Part shown: one piece after another, positions 50,786 to 63,386 of the stretch
How the letters are laid out: every line of letters starts with the position of its first letter
Numbering within the stretch: the stretch's first letter is position 1
NCBI GenBank assembly: GCA_008632985.1
Contig: QPGO01000103.1
Coordinates: 124,001-188,000, forward strand
Source of the DNA: Psammoneis japonica
Taxonomy: Eukaryota
Length of the DNA stretch: 64,000 bases
Direction: 5' to 3'
Position numbers and translations under genes: made by a program
The notes under the pieces: model-generated
Database searches by the model: none
Told to the model about the DNA's origin: nothing
Seen by the model: only the letters and a program-made list of their open reading frames with translations

Positions 50786-51534
50786 ATCTACACAAATCTT
50801 GACATTGCCATGGTGCTGGTGGCAGAATTCTACGTTTGATCGTTGCATGCCAGCAACTCGCATTTGCATGTCTGTCAATTGGGGTGAAAACTGCTGACTG
50901 TGCTCTGCAGGCGGCCAGACAGCCAAATCGCAACTTTCAATTTATTTTCAATCTCTGTCAACAACAACAGGCAACATTTCATGAAAATGATTTCCAATGA
51001 TCTGTCAAGGCCTGACTTTGCTGGCAGGACCAGCAGAGAGCATCTGTCGATGATGCATCTCTGCCGGAGAGGGTCTGCTGCTGTGTGCAAACAAGACTGC
51101 TGCTGTCCTTGTCTCATCAGCTCTCCAAGGCCTGAGGATCAACAATTTTTGGAGCTGCTCTGCAGTGCAAAAATGCACAGAGGAGCCACAGAGAAAGGCT
51201 GTGCAGCCCAACTGCCACACCAGAGCTTCCCCTCTGAAAAAAAATGAAAGATGAGATGAGAGCAACAACCAAAGAAAATTGCCAAGGCAGCGCAATGTGT
51301 TTTTTCCCATCTGTTCTAAAACAGATGTTTGGTTTGGTTTTGCCTCTGCTGTGCAAAGATGCTGGAACAACAAGTGCACATTTGTGCCCCAGGGCAGCAA
51401 AGTGCCCTGCAGCCAATCTCTGGGCAGGGCACCTGGCATCGCAAAGATGTCAAGCATCAATGTGCATGTTTGGCGCCCACCACCGCCCGGCCATTGAGTG
51501 GTTGAGATGATGTGGCACTGATGGTGACTGACAA

Positions 51535-51864
51535 ATGCTCCTAAAACAAAGCCACAAAACTGCTTTTTGTGGACAAGCTCTGTTGCATCAAATGGAGGAC
51601 AAGTTCAGCAAGGGAGCAATCAAAGCCCTCAACAGGGAAGGACTTGATGATGATGATTTTAAAGAGGTGGAGCACATCTTTGAGATGAACAAGAAACAAA
51701 GAAACGAAAAATGTTGGCTCCAGTGGATGAAATGGGATGACCACATTGAAGTGCTTCATCACACCAATGAGTTCGAGAACCAGCACCATGTGAAGGAAGA
51801 TGCACTTGACACTTCAGTTGATGTTTTGCACAAGGATGTGACAGCAAACTTTGCAAAATCTTGA
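51535..51864 (+). mobile_element. PIF/Harbinger-like transposase N-terminal remnant
   Basis: 'MKWDDHIEVLHHTNEFENQHHVKEDALDTSVDVL' resembles the W..H...L....F...Y.M....F..LV..L segment of Harbinger transposases. The DDE core is not seen. Confidence 0.55.
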
Positions 51865-51929
51865 AGCTCCACTGAAAAAGTCAAGAAGCTGTTTGGGAAA
51901 GCACAGCAGTGGAAGGCCCCCAACTCTTG

Positions 51930-54110
51930 TTGCATTGCATCTTGTGCCAGCTGCTGTCCAATGTGCCAACTTGCTCTTCTGGTTTGTCATTGACTTCTCA
52001 TTTGTGGTGCTGACAAAAAATGCACTTGAAAGGGACGAGAGCTTGCTGTCTTCACACATGGAGGACCCAACTCCCCAATGCCAGGGGCGGGTGAAAAAGA
52101 GGGGGGCATGGGAGCAAAGCACTGCAGAAGGGCAGAGGTGCAAGCACTGAGCACATGATGGTCACCAACAAGGTGCTGCTGGCTTCCAAAAATGCAAAAA
52201 TGACTTCTTTGAGGTGCTGCACTGTGTGGTCATTGTTGTGCTGATTGCAGCTCATGAAGAAGCCCTTGGGTGGCTTGGCAGTGCTTGCCCAGACAATTGT
52301 GGCACAGAGGGGAGGAACAGCACACAATTGCTTTGCAACCTTGCAAACTTCTTTTTCCTGGATGGCAAAATGGCAGATTTAGAAGAGTCAACAAGGGAAA
52401 GCAAACAGAGGTTGCTCCAAGAACACACCTGGGCTGTTTTGCGCATGCTCTGCTGAAAAGAAAGTCAAAAAAAGTGCAAGCTTTTGTCGAGTGAAAGCAT
52501 GGTGAGTGGCGCTCCATCCAAAGCTGTGTGCAAAATGCAGTGCTCTCAGTGCTTGAAAAATTTCCTTTCACAACAACAAGACTGAGATGGGTCACCCAGC
52601 CCTGGGTCCTCTGCTGCTGTTGGTGTCCACAAAGCCATTGCTGTGCTCCAAAAGAAAAGTGGATTTGCCATTGTGGCAGCCACTGAGCCAAGAAATGAAC
52701 ATGGTCCAGTTGGTCACAGAGTGTTGCAGCTGAAGAAAACTTCTCATGGCATTGAGAGGAGGCTGTGGTGTGGCTGGCACAAAATGACATCAAAGTTGTG
52801 CAGAAATGTGCACATGCAACATGCAGCACATGAGAAAAGAATCCATGTTGCAGCACCAGCAGTGTGAGGTCCCACCTGGAGCTGGGGTGCATCTGGAAAG
52901 CATCAACTCCAGGCTTTGCTCATTGGTGTGAGGCTCAGAGTTGTTGGCAAATTCCTCTCCAGTTGTTCAGAAGGACCATGGTCTCCTGGCTCTGAGAGGG
53001 ATGGGAGGCAAGGCCTGCTCAGCGGCTTTTCTCCCCTCCCTGTCAATGCAGCTCCAGCCTCACAACAGTCCACCTTCTTTGCTCAGTTCATGAAAGGTCC
53101 AATCCTGGGAGCAGAGTCTGCTACAAACCTGCTCCAAGCTGCTGTGGGCTGCAGCTTGCACCATGATCAAGACTCCAGTGCAGTCACAGTCTCTCCCCCT
53201 TTCCTCACATTTGTGCCGCTCCAGAAACTGAGGCATCTGTGCACTCTTGGGTGAGATGCTGTGATGAGAGGTGCTGCAGCATTGCTTTGCACAGGCATGC
53301 AATGGCTTTGTTCAGAGATTCCAGCTGCCCCTGGGGCTGTGGACTGCTGCAGCACACAAGATGATGAGAGATGCATGTGGCTCTTCTCACCTTCCAGCCA
53401 TTGCATGCATCAATGGTCAATGGAGGCCTTTTGGGCGGGCATGCCTGCTGTCTGGCCAGTGGCTGTTGGACAAAACAGCAACACCAATGGTTCATCCTGG
53501 CCCAGCAGAGAGGCTGGCTCTGTCAGTGGATCTGCTCTGCGTGCAAGTTTGCCAGAAAGGCTGCAACATGTGGGGGCTGCACTGCTCAGGAGCAGCTCCA
53601 AGGAGATTGGGTCTTGCAAAAAACCACCCCAGTCTCTGATTCAATGCACTCACCAGCACCCTCCATCAAGTGCACACAGCCCCGGCAACCCACAGTGGTG
53701 TGGCCACATTTGTCAGTGACAGAAATGTTGTTCCAGGCCATCCTGGCAACACAGAATCTTGTCAAGCAGAAATTTCTAGCCTGCAAAGCCTTGTCAGCAC
53801 AGCAGTGGACATTTGTGAACACTGCCACATTGCTGAGGGTTCCATCAAGGTGGAGCCCTTCCTCTGTCCCCATCAATGCCCACCCAGTTGAGAGCATCTG
53901 CTCTGCCCAACACAAGCCCCAGAAGCCAAAAACTGCACCTCATTTCAAGGAGAGCCAAACAAAGCTCAATGTTTCACTTTTTTGTTGCTCAAGAACCAAC
54001 TCCACTCAAGGAGCATGCTTGCACTCTACAGTTGCAGCTCTCAGCCCCATTGAAAATGCCCCCAAGGAAGCATGCCAATTGAGGCTGTTTTGGGGATGCA
54101 GAGAGCTGAG
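51930..54110. repeat. Degenerate repeat, copy A
   Basis: ~51930..52070 and ~53410..54110 align by eye, in direct orientation, to ~55960..56990. Confidence 0.8.
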
Positions 54111-55959
54111 AGCTGCCTGCATCATGATCCAAAGATCAAGGCCATTGTCTGTCCAGTGCTCATGAGCCTGGTGTCAAGGAGAGGGCCAAGTGCACCCAGA
54201 AAGATTTCAACCAGTGTGTGGGGAAGCACCACAATGACTGCAAGTGCAGCAGCAACCAAGCCAACCAGCACCAGCCACATCTTCTGTTTTTTTGTTTGCT
54301 CTGCTCTCCTCAACTCTGAATGCAAGAATGATGACAAAACCAATGCTCCTGTCATCGGTGCTGTCAAACAGAGGAACACTGGCAACTCTGACAACTCATC
54401 ATCAATGGATGATGTTGTCACCCCCTTCACTGCAGGGTGTCTGGTGGGGCAACAGTCCGACATTGCATGCAAACAAGCACACAACATTCTTGCTGATGTT
54501 TTTCCTTTCTCACTGGATGGCATTTTGCTGGGTCGCCCGAGACCATTTTGGCCAATGGCACAAACTTGTTTCAGCATGATGTGCAACAATTTTCAGTGGA
54601 AAACGACTGGCATTGAAGACTTGTGGTTTGCATGCTTGTTGTCATTTCTGGCAATTTTTTGTCAGATTCAGTGCATTTTTTACACTGGATTGCACTGGAT
54701 CCAGTGCAAATTCTGTGCGCTTCAGAAACGTCTGCCAATGACCACATCATCAACTGTGTGAGCTGCTTCCATCCAGTGCCCACACCCATCAGTCCTCAAT
54801 GATTTCTTCTTCTCTCCTGCTGGCCAATCAAGTTCTTCACCTCATGTGGTGAAAGCACTGCCCCTGTTGTCATGGTGCTTGCAAGTGTTCATTTGGACAA
54901 ACCGTTGGCATCACCTGATGATCGTCCATCTGCTGTGCAGATCAGCATTGTTTCTGAACAAGATTCTGCATCAATTCCAAGTGAGAAAAATGTTTCTTCT
55001 GGCATCCTTCTCATCATGTCATCAAGGCTCCCCATTTTTTGTGCTTGCAAGTCCTGAGCCATGCCCCTTTTTCTGCTTGCCAGCTTGCCAAGCCTGCTGC
55101 TTGGAGCAGTGAACTGTTCACTTTCACCCCAGCACCTGCAAGCATGCAGCCCAGCCAGTCTTTGGCAAAGACAAGATCCGTCCTTGGAATCAAGGTTTTC
55201 TCCCAGATGTTGTGCTCATTTTGCATCCTCTTCTGAGCACAATTGTCCTTTGCTGTCATGGTGTGTGTGCTTTGCATTCATTCCAAAGGAAAACAACAAC
55301 CTTCTTCTTGTGCAACTTCATTTCAACCAGTTGTCTCCAGTGGGCACAACTGCAAAGTGGTGCCATGAAGTGCCAGCTGCAACAGCTTCTGCCACTGCGG
55401 GTTGGCCGGTGCAGGCATTGCTGGGCAAAGGTGCAACGGTGCTGCAAATTGGGTTTGAGTTGTTTTTTTTTGTTGCCACTGGTGGCACACCCTTCACTCT
55501 TGTTGAAAAAGTCTTTGAGAGTGTGGAGATTTGCATGCCAAGCACAACAAATGATGTGTTCCTTGCATCGCATTGCAACCAAAAACCCATGACAAAAGAG
55601 AAGATGCACAAATGATGCAGAAGGAGGACACAAATGGTGTCAAGAAGAACAAGATGTGCAACAAGGCTGACAGAAATGACATGACAAGATGGGAGGAGGG
55701 TGCAGGGCAGAATCAAAGTGAAAAAGAAGCAAAGGAAAGCTCTGCTTGGCTGCAGGCTAGAGCCACACTTCTGCAGGACTGGCGCCAGAGGAAAACCCAC
55801 AGTTGATTCACACAAGCTTTTGTGCAATGCCACGATGAACAAAAAAATTTCCTGGCAACAGCTGACAAACAAAGCTGGGACAGCATCCACAGCAAAGTTC
55901 AAGAAGCTTCTTGGAAGAGCACAGCTGTGGGGTCCCCCATCCCCTGCCCAATTCTTGTG

Positions 55960-56990
55960 GCATTGCATCATGTGTCAGCTGCTGTCCAATCTGCCAACTT
56001 GCTCTGGTTTGTCATTGACTTCTCATTTGGTGCTGACAAAAAATGTGCACGTGGAGTGGAGCTTGCTGTCTTGCTTGACACATGGACCCACCCACCCCAG
56101 CAATGTGATGCTGTGGCAAGAGGTGCTGCAATGTGTTTCTTTGCACAGCAGGTGTGCAACATCTGTGCTCTCTCAGAAACTCCAGCTGCCCCTGTGTTTG
56201 TGATGAGAGATGGGTGATGCTCTTCTCAGATGGGGCCAACATTGCACACATCAATGGTCAACAGAAACCTTGCAGCCTGTCTGTTGTCTGACCAGCAGCT
56301 GTTGGACACAACAGCAGCACCAATGATTCATCCTGACAGAGACACCCACTCTGCCAACAGATCTGCTCTGCACTCAAGTTTGCCAGAAAAGCTGCAACAC
56401 ATGGGGCTGCACTGCTCAGGAGCAGTTCTAAGGAGAAAAGGTCTTCCTGAAGAAGCGCTGCAGCCCCTGATTCATTGTGCTCACCAGCGCCCTCTGTCTT
56501 GTGCACACAGCCCAGGCAACCCACAATGGCATGGTGGTCATGGCTGTCAATGTCAGCTCTGCAAAGGACTCTTTCCTGGGTGCATCGACAGCAGGCACAA
56601 ATGTTGTCCCAGGCCATCCTGGCAACACAGAATTGTGTCAAGCAGAAATTGCCAGTCTGCGCAGTGCTGTCAGCACAGTGGAGGACATTTGTGAATGCTG
56701 TCACATCATGGAGGGTTCTGTCAAGGTGGAGCCCTTCCTCTGTCCCTGCCAATGCCTGCCCAATTGTGAGAGCACCTGCTCTGCCCAACACAAGCCCTGC
56801 AGCCAACCACATCTTTTTTTGAGGAGAGCCAAACAAAGCTCACTGTTTTACATCTTTTTTGCTCAAGCAACTCTGCTCAAGGAGCAAGCTTGTGCTCTGC
56901 AGCAGCAGCAGCTCTCAGCTCCACTGAAAATGCCCCCAGGGAGCGCGCCAATTGGGGCAGTTTTGGGGATGTGCGGAGAGCCAAGAACCA
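55960..56990. repeat. Degenerate repeat, copy B
   Basis: Shares CAGCTGCTGTCCAAT, CTGGTTTGTCATTGACTTCTCATTTG, GGGGCTGCACTGCTCAGGAGCAG and TCAAGGTGGAGCCCTTCCTCTGTCCC with copy A. Confidence 0.8.
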
Positions 56991-58334
56991 CCTGCACCAT
57001 TGGCATGAGTTTTGAATCACTTGCCATGTGCCAGCCACAGATTTTGACAAAGTCATGGAGGCTGAGCTCCTTGGCTGTCTGCCATTTCACATGGAGGAGC
57101 TCTGGGCACCCCACTCTTTGTCCTGCACCTGGGCTCATTTCACACATGACAAGCTGGCACCCAACCCCCAACCTCAATGCCACATGCTGTTGCCATTGCA
57201 GGGGCTGGCATCGTCATTGTCAACTTGTGCTTTTGGTGGTTTGTTGGCAAATGTCAGCTGCACATCCTGTCAGCCATGAGACATCCCACCCCACATGCTG
57301 ATGACTGCCCAGCTCGCGAGTCTTTTGACAACTTTCCTGCCCATCTTTGCAAGGTTGACACACCCATTGCTGACCCAAGTTGACCCGCTCTTCTGTCTGG
57401 CTTGTTCTTTTGTGCACACAGCCACCTTATGCTGGATTTGAACAAGAAATGTTTCTTGTTTGGACTTGCCCATGAGTGGGTTGAAGCCAACCCCAAGTCA
57501 GCACACTCATGGTTTGCCGTTGTGGGTGCCTGTTGTCATGCCTTTGTGGCCAATGTCACATGACACAAAGACACTTTTGTCATGCCACATGTCTTGATCC
57601 AAAAAGAAGTTGTTGGACATGTGGGTTGCCATTGGTTGTGCCTTTGCTGCCTGTGTGAATTGGATGAAGCCCTGGTGGCAAGCTTTTGTGCTGACACTGG
57701 CACATCACACCAGTTTGTTGCACATGGGAATGAGCACTGCCCATGCACCAATCACTTGGCATTGGTGAGCCACTCAAGGGGAGTTGATCAGTGTCTTGTT
57801 TTCACAAGTTTGGTGTGGCAGCCAGTGCGGGGAACAAAAAGGAATGCCCAGAAGCCATGCAAATTTTGACAAGTTTCTCTGCACTCCTCCAGTCAGAGCA
57901 ATTCCTCATCATTGCATGGTCCACAACAATGCCATGGCAGCATTGCCATTGCCAAACAACTTCCAAGTGCATTGACTTGATTCAAGATGCCTTTTGGGAA
58001 CCTGTGCTTCATTGAATCCAGGACAATGCCACCACAACATCAGAGTGCACGAAATGTTAAAAATGTGTAGATTTGCATGATGACAATTTGTCAAAACATT
58101 GCAAAACATTGTTGTCATGTGATGAAAGGCCAACCTCTGGTTGCAAGTTTGCCATGCCAACATTGCAATGACTTGTCAAGAATCATGTGTGCCATTTTTC
58201 ACTGTGTCCACATCACCACATCTGCCTCCACCTTGTTGCCACATGCCAATGCGTGATTGCATTTCCACACAATCCTTGGTTTGTCAATTTTTGCAAACAT
58301 TGTCCCAAACGAGAAAAGCATTTCATCGGTCAAG

Positions 58335-59633
58335 TCAATCCCTTGTCACATCTGCAGTGCAATGACCGAGTGCCATGTGAACTGTGTGCACATTTTCTTG
58401 CTGCAACTCTCTTAAACTGAGCTGACGATCATCATCGGACTCGTCTCCATCGGACTCGTCTCCTCCATTGTCTGTTTTTCCTTTTGCGCCTTCCTCCTGC
58501 TCATCGTCATTGCTGTTGTTGTCCCTGCTGCTCTCCACCATTGGGCTGTTCATTGCCTTCACCTTGTCCGTGTCGCCAGTCGGTGCTTTCTTTTTCTTCT
58601 TTTTTGCTTCTCCGGACTTCTTGCACTCGCTTTTCTTGATCTCCGCATGCCACTTTTCAAACTCCTTGCCCTCCTTGGAGTCTCTGTCTTTCGTCACCTC
58701 TTCGCATGAATCATTGAACTGATTGATTCCGTCGTCTCCCCAAGACACTCGTTGTTTCTTTGGCTTTGTTTGCCGAGGGGCAGGCCTTGTTTCTTTGGGC
58801 TCCATTTCCTCACCCAATTCTTCCACCGCCTCCTCCTTGTTCCTGTGTGCCCACACCTGCCAACAATTCTCCATGGCCAATGGCACCAAAGCTTCGTCAC
58901 CAACCGTAAACAACTGTGAGACCTGTGCATTCCCAGTTTTGATGGTGCTGCCCCATGCCTGCTTTTGCTTGGTTTGAGGCAGGATGTGATCACAGAACCA
59001 CTTGTGTGCCTGCTTGTTCCTTCGTTTGCCACCGGCGACAGTGTCCAGGCTGAACGGATCCCATGTCAGCACAAACGGGATGTCATTCTCTTCATTCTTG
59101 TCACGGCTTGACTTTTTCCTCTTTTTCCTCCTGTCTGCCGCCTTGAGTTTCTTTTCTTTTTCCTTTCCCTCTTCCTTGGTGACAACGCCCACATGGACAA
59201 AGCATCACCGTCATCTTCTTGTGAGACACACGCAACTCTCGAATCACACACATTGGTCACTCAGCTCACGTGCCATTGCCTCCGCCCCAACAGCCGAACA
59301 CACCGTGTTTCTGCGATTGTCAATTTGCCTTTTTGCCGCCTTTTTTGCCCATTCCTCCCAAGTTCCTGACCAATTTGAAGTGTCCATGTTGCCACCAGCA
59401 ATCTGTTTCTTGACAAACATTGAGGTGCTCCCATTGCTTGCCAATTCAGATGGACTGAGAAACTTCACCTGTGGAAAGAGATCATTTCTAGCCACCTTCT
59501 CTGCTTCTGATTTCAATGCACCATGCGCTGCCTGCGCACCTGTTCTCTTCAACACTGCCTGAAGTCTCAGGCTCATTGGCTTGACAGTCTCATTTTTCTT
59601 TCTCTTCTTTGCCGGTTGTGCTGGAGACGACAT
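58335..59633 (-). pseudogene. Transposon accessory ORF divergent from the Plavaka transposase
   Basis: 'DEALVPLAMENCWQVW...SWGDDGINQFNDSCEEVTKDR' with a Lys/Glu-rich tail and no Tyr. Split over two ORFs (59244..59744 and 58335..59192). Confidence 0.6.
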
Positions 59634-60087
59634 CTTGATCTTTTCATGGCAACAATGAGAGGAGCGGCACTGTTCGACAGTGCAACCATCGTTTGGGTCG
59701 TGTTGAGACAGCCAGGCACTCTGTTTTTCTCTGCAACATTGCACGAATTGTTGTCAGCAACATTGAAATTTGAAAATGTGTTCATGTGCAACAACGAACA
59801 GTCCAACTCACTTTTTGACATGGCTGTCATTGCGTTTCAACGGAGATGACATCCTGCATTTTGACAGCAAATAAAAAGCACAACATTCGTTGTTGATGCC
59901 AGATGAAAAATCAAAATGCAGGTGCGTCACACCTGTGAGAAACATCCCAATCTGGGGGACAATGTAATGTTTGCCAATTTCTCGCCATTTTTTGCGCGTT
60001 GTTCTTTTTTTCCCTTCTCATCCACAAGACAAGGACAATGAGCATGAGTCTTGATGAAGGCCCTGTCAACACATTGTCTGATTTACA

Positions 60088-63000
60088 ATGGACAGAAACC
60101 CTCTTCTCTGTCCCGGTTGTGGCCAAAGTTTTTTGCGAATGGCCTGCCATTGGAGACACTCACCGACGTGTCACTCAGTTGCCCAAGAGTTGCAAACCCA
60201 AGATCCAATCCCAGATCAAAGCGACATTCCTGCCACAACAGAGGGGCCACCCGAAGAAAGCGGTGGTTCTTCCTCTTTGTCCTCTGATGATGATGAATCC
60301 TGTCCCAGGCGATCAACTCGCAGCAGAGTCCCAAGATCTTCAACGAGTGATCCGAGCAGCAGCCCCTTGTTCCATTCCCCGGATGACGCGCCACACGGAA
60401 TGGACGACATGTCCTCCATTTCATCAAACCACAGCATGCAAGGAGTTGAACTTTTGGCAATGAATGAGTTGGATGTTGGCGGTGGTCAATCCTTTGCTGC
60501 AGTGTTGGACGTGACAACAGAGGAGGAAGAGGACATTGACGATGAGGATCAACATTTGGGGAGCAGGTGTGATGCTCCTGCAGAAGAGGCCTTGGCTTCT
60601 GCTCCTCTTTGACAAATCTTGACGGAGCTTGCGCAGAGTTGTGCAAGAAGCTCATGGACACATGTGGTGCTCCCCTGGAATTGTGCGATTGCATTGTTGA
60701 TTTCATTGAGAGGCACACTGGTGACAGCAACATCAAGCTTGGTGCAGTTCTGCCAAGGAGAAAAGAGTTGATGCGCACCTTAACCAAGCATTTCCCTCTT
60801 CCACCCAGCGAGTCTATTCCTGTCACTCTAGAAACCAAAAATTTCAAAACCGGTTTGCCAAAACGAGTGTCAGTGCCAAGATGGGATTTCACAAAGGTTT
60901 GGGAACAGTTTTTGCTCGATCCTCACCTGTGGTGCAGCAGAGAGAATGTGGCCAATCCAGACAATCAATTTGGGAAGCACAAAGCAAAGGGCCGGACAAC
61001 AAGTGCCTTTTGGCGGGTGAGTGGTGCAGGCGCAGTTACGAAGAACGGACAACTGACCCGGAGAAACAATTTCTCGAGTGCAATGTCATTTGCCTCGACA
61101 AGACTGGCAGGACACAAGGGATGGGATCATGTTGCGGAGAGCCAGTGATCATGACCTCTGCGCATGTTGCCTTCAACAAATGGTTGGACAAGAGTGTCTG
61201 GAAACCTCTTGGTTGTCTCCCGGATTTGGAAAAGATGTCGTCATCTGCGGCAAAGAATCTCTCAAACAATCGCAAGGCAGAGAAGGGACGCTCGTCAAGA
61301 GACTGCCACACTTGCTTGCGTGTCATTTTGGAGCCACTTTTGGAAGTCATGAGAAAAGGAGGCATGAAAACATGCGTGCAACGAGGGGATGAGATGCGAC
61401 ACCTCCGCGTGATCCTGCTGATCGTTCTCATCATAGGAGATGCAAAAAGCGGCGACTGTCTCGTCGGACGATGCGGAGGTCACAACTGTTGTCAACGTTG
61501 CTGTCGTTTTTGCCTGACTGGCTTCAACAAACTGGACGACCCATGGATTGAATGCAAGTTTGTCCAAGGACTGGATCTCCACCAAGTGCAAACCAAGGCC
61601 AACGATGACAACAGATCAGACCAAGAAAGGAAGCACTGGTTGGGCATCTTGCTTTGCCTCAAGCAACACAACGCACCTGCCAACTGTCTTTTTGAGGCAG
61701 ACTTTGGCGCACAACCACACGGCGTCACCCTTGCAACAGCAAGCGACATGATGCATCTCTTTGAAAACGGCACCTTGAAAAGGGCAATCAATTCATTTGT
61801 AGACAGCATGACACCTGTGGTCGCAAGTGAGGTGGACAGCACAGTGGAAAGGATTTTCAGCAATCACCGGTCAACTTGCAAAGCATCCTTTTTGCAAACA
61901 AACTTCAAAGGAGGAGCAACGTCGCTCACCTTCCTCAACTCTCACCACTGGGCTGGAATGGCTTTTGTTTTCTACCTTCTCCTGTCAACCAGCGAGGGAC
62001 GAAACGCACGTGAGTCATGCTTCCTTGACGAGGACGCAGACGAACCCATTGTTCCAGAGAATCGCAAGACACCCAAAGCAAACTTTGAGAGTTGCCACCA
62101 ACCTGGTGAGTGCTTGGACGACTCTGACGATGAAAGGTCGGAGGAGTCCAAAGAGGGTGACTGGGACGAAAATGAGGATGAGAAAGAGGAGAGTGAGGCT
62201 GAGGAAAGAGAAAAAATGCAAGGGAAAAAGACTCAACTGCAGCGTCCGGCAATTCATTCAATTGCTCGAGGACCTTCTTGTCTTCCACGCATGGCACAGG
62301 CTGGGTGATCCACCCATCACAAGCGTAACTCCCAGTTCATCTGTTCAGAAAATGAACAAGAAAATCCGTCTCCTCGTTGACCGGATGGTGCAATTCGTCC
62401 CGCGAACAGAAGGACACAGATGGAAGCTTCAAAAGCTTCATGAAACACTCCATCTCCCAGTGTTTCTTTGTCATCACCGACATGCGATGAACTTTGATGC
62501 AGGCTTGGGGGAATGTCTCTTGAAAGACTTTTTCAAGCTGCCGTCATCTGCCGCACAACAACGCAACCTCGACAGTTTTCTGAAGCAGGTCGTGTCACGT
62601 GTGGAGGACCAAATGAGGCTCAATGCCGCAATTTCAGCCAACAGTTGGATTTTGCCAACTGGGAAAAAGGAATCATCAAGAGTCAGGACGGACAATCACA
62701 TGCTGGGAGGAAGTGCGTTCACTCTCACCTACAACCAAGGGATTGGCGCTGTGACGTTTGAGTGGAACAGCGAGCATGCTCGTTGCCAAGTTCATCCTGT
62801 GTTGCAAACTTCATGTCGGAAAAGTGGGAGGATTGTGTTGGTGAAGATAGTGAAAATGCACACCTGACTTGTAAGACAGAGTTTTACAATGCAAACAGGA
62901 GGGACACGCACCGTGCGCACCCCGATTTCAAAAGCGAAGGACCATGGCATGACTTTGCCTGTGTGACCTTTGGCACACGAAAGGGCGATCAACAGTTTCC

Positions 63001-63360
63001 CTCCCGTTTGCCATGTTTCTTCGAACAGGAGTGCACAGGATCGATTTTTGCAGTTGTCCATCCAACTGCTTGTCAAGCTGACCAGAGAACTGCAAGGCAA
63101 CGGCATCAGCATGCAGACTTGGCCAGTTGCTGGCAGCTTGATCACAAACGAAACAACTGGCTGTCAATGCCTGAGAAGACTCAGTGCTCACCTGAGTTAC
63201 GTGTTGTCCCTGTCGAAGCAATTGGGGACAATGTTTTGGTTTATGAAGAATGTCCAGGAGCAGCAGAAGCGCAAGAAAAGGCCCCATTTGTTTGGGCCAC
63301 ACAGGACAGAAGGAAGTGTTGGTCAGATTTGTTTCTAAAATGGGATGCGCACATCAATCT
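60088..63360 (+). mobile_element. Plavaka (CMC/EnSpm-related) transposase pseudogene
   Basis: Motifs LDKT, PLGxLPDL, xHTCLRVILEPL, IIGDAKSGD, R.CR.C, DMMHLFE.G, WKLQKLHE.LHL, NFD...GE..LK.F.K.P and RAHP.F...GPWxDFA across ORFs 60609, 60881, 61827 and 62762. Several frameshifts. Confidence 0.82.
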
Positions 63361-63386
63361 GTCATTCACTCACAGTGTGTGCATTT

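Noticed and set aside
54300..58330. Superfamily assignment for the remaining degenerate segments
   Set aside because: Too mutated to recognise catalytic motifs by eye; left unclassified.
49050..58400. Dozens of overlapping Cys/His-rich ORFs as novel metal-binding proteins
   Set aside because: A by-product of TpA and CpG loss, which removes TAA/TAG and inflates TGY/CAY codons in all six frames.
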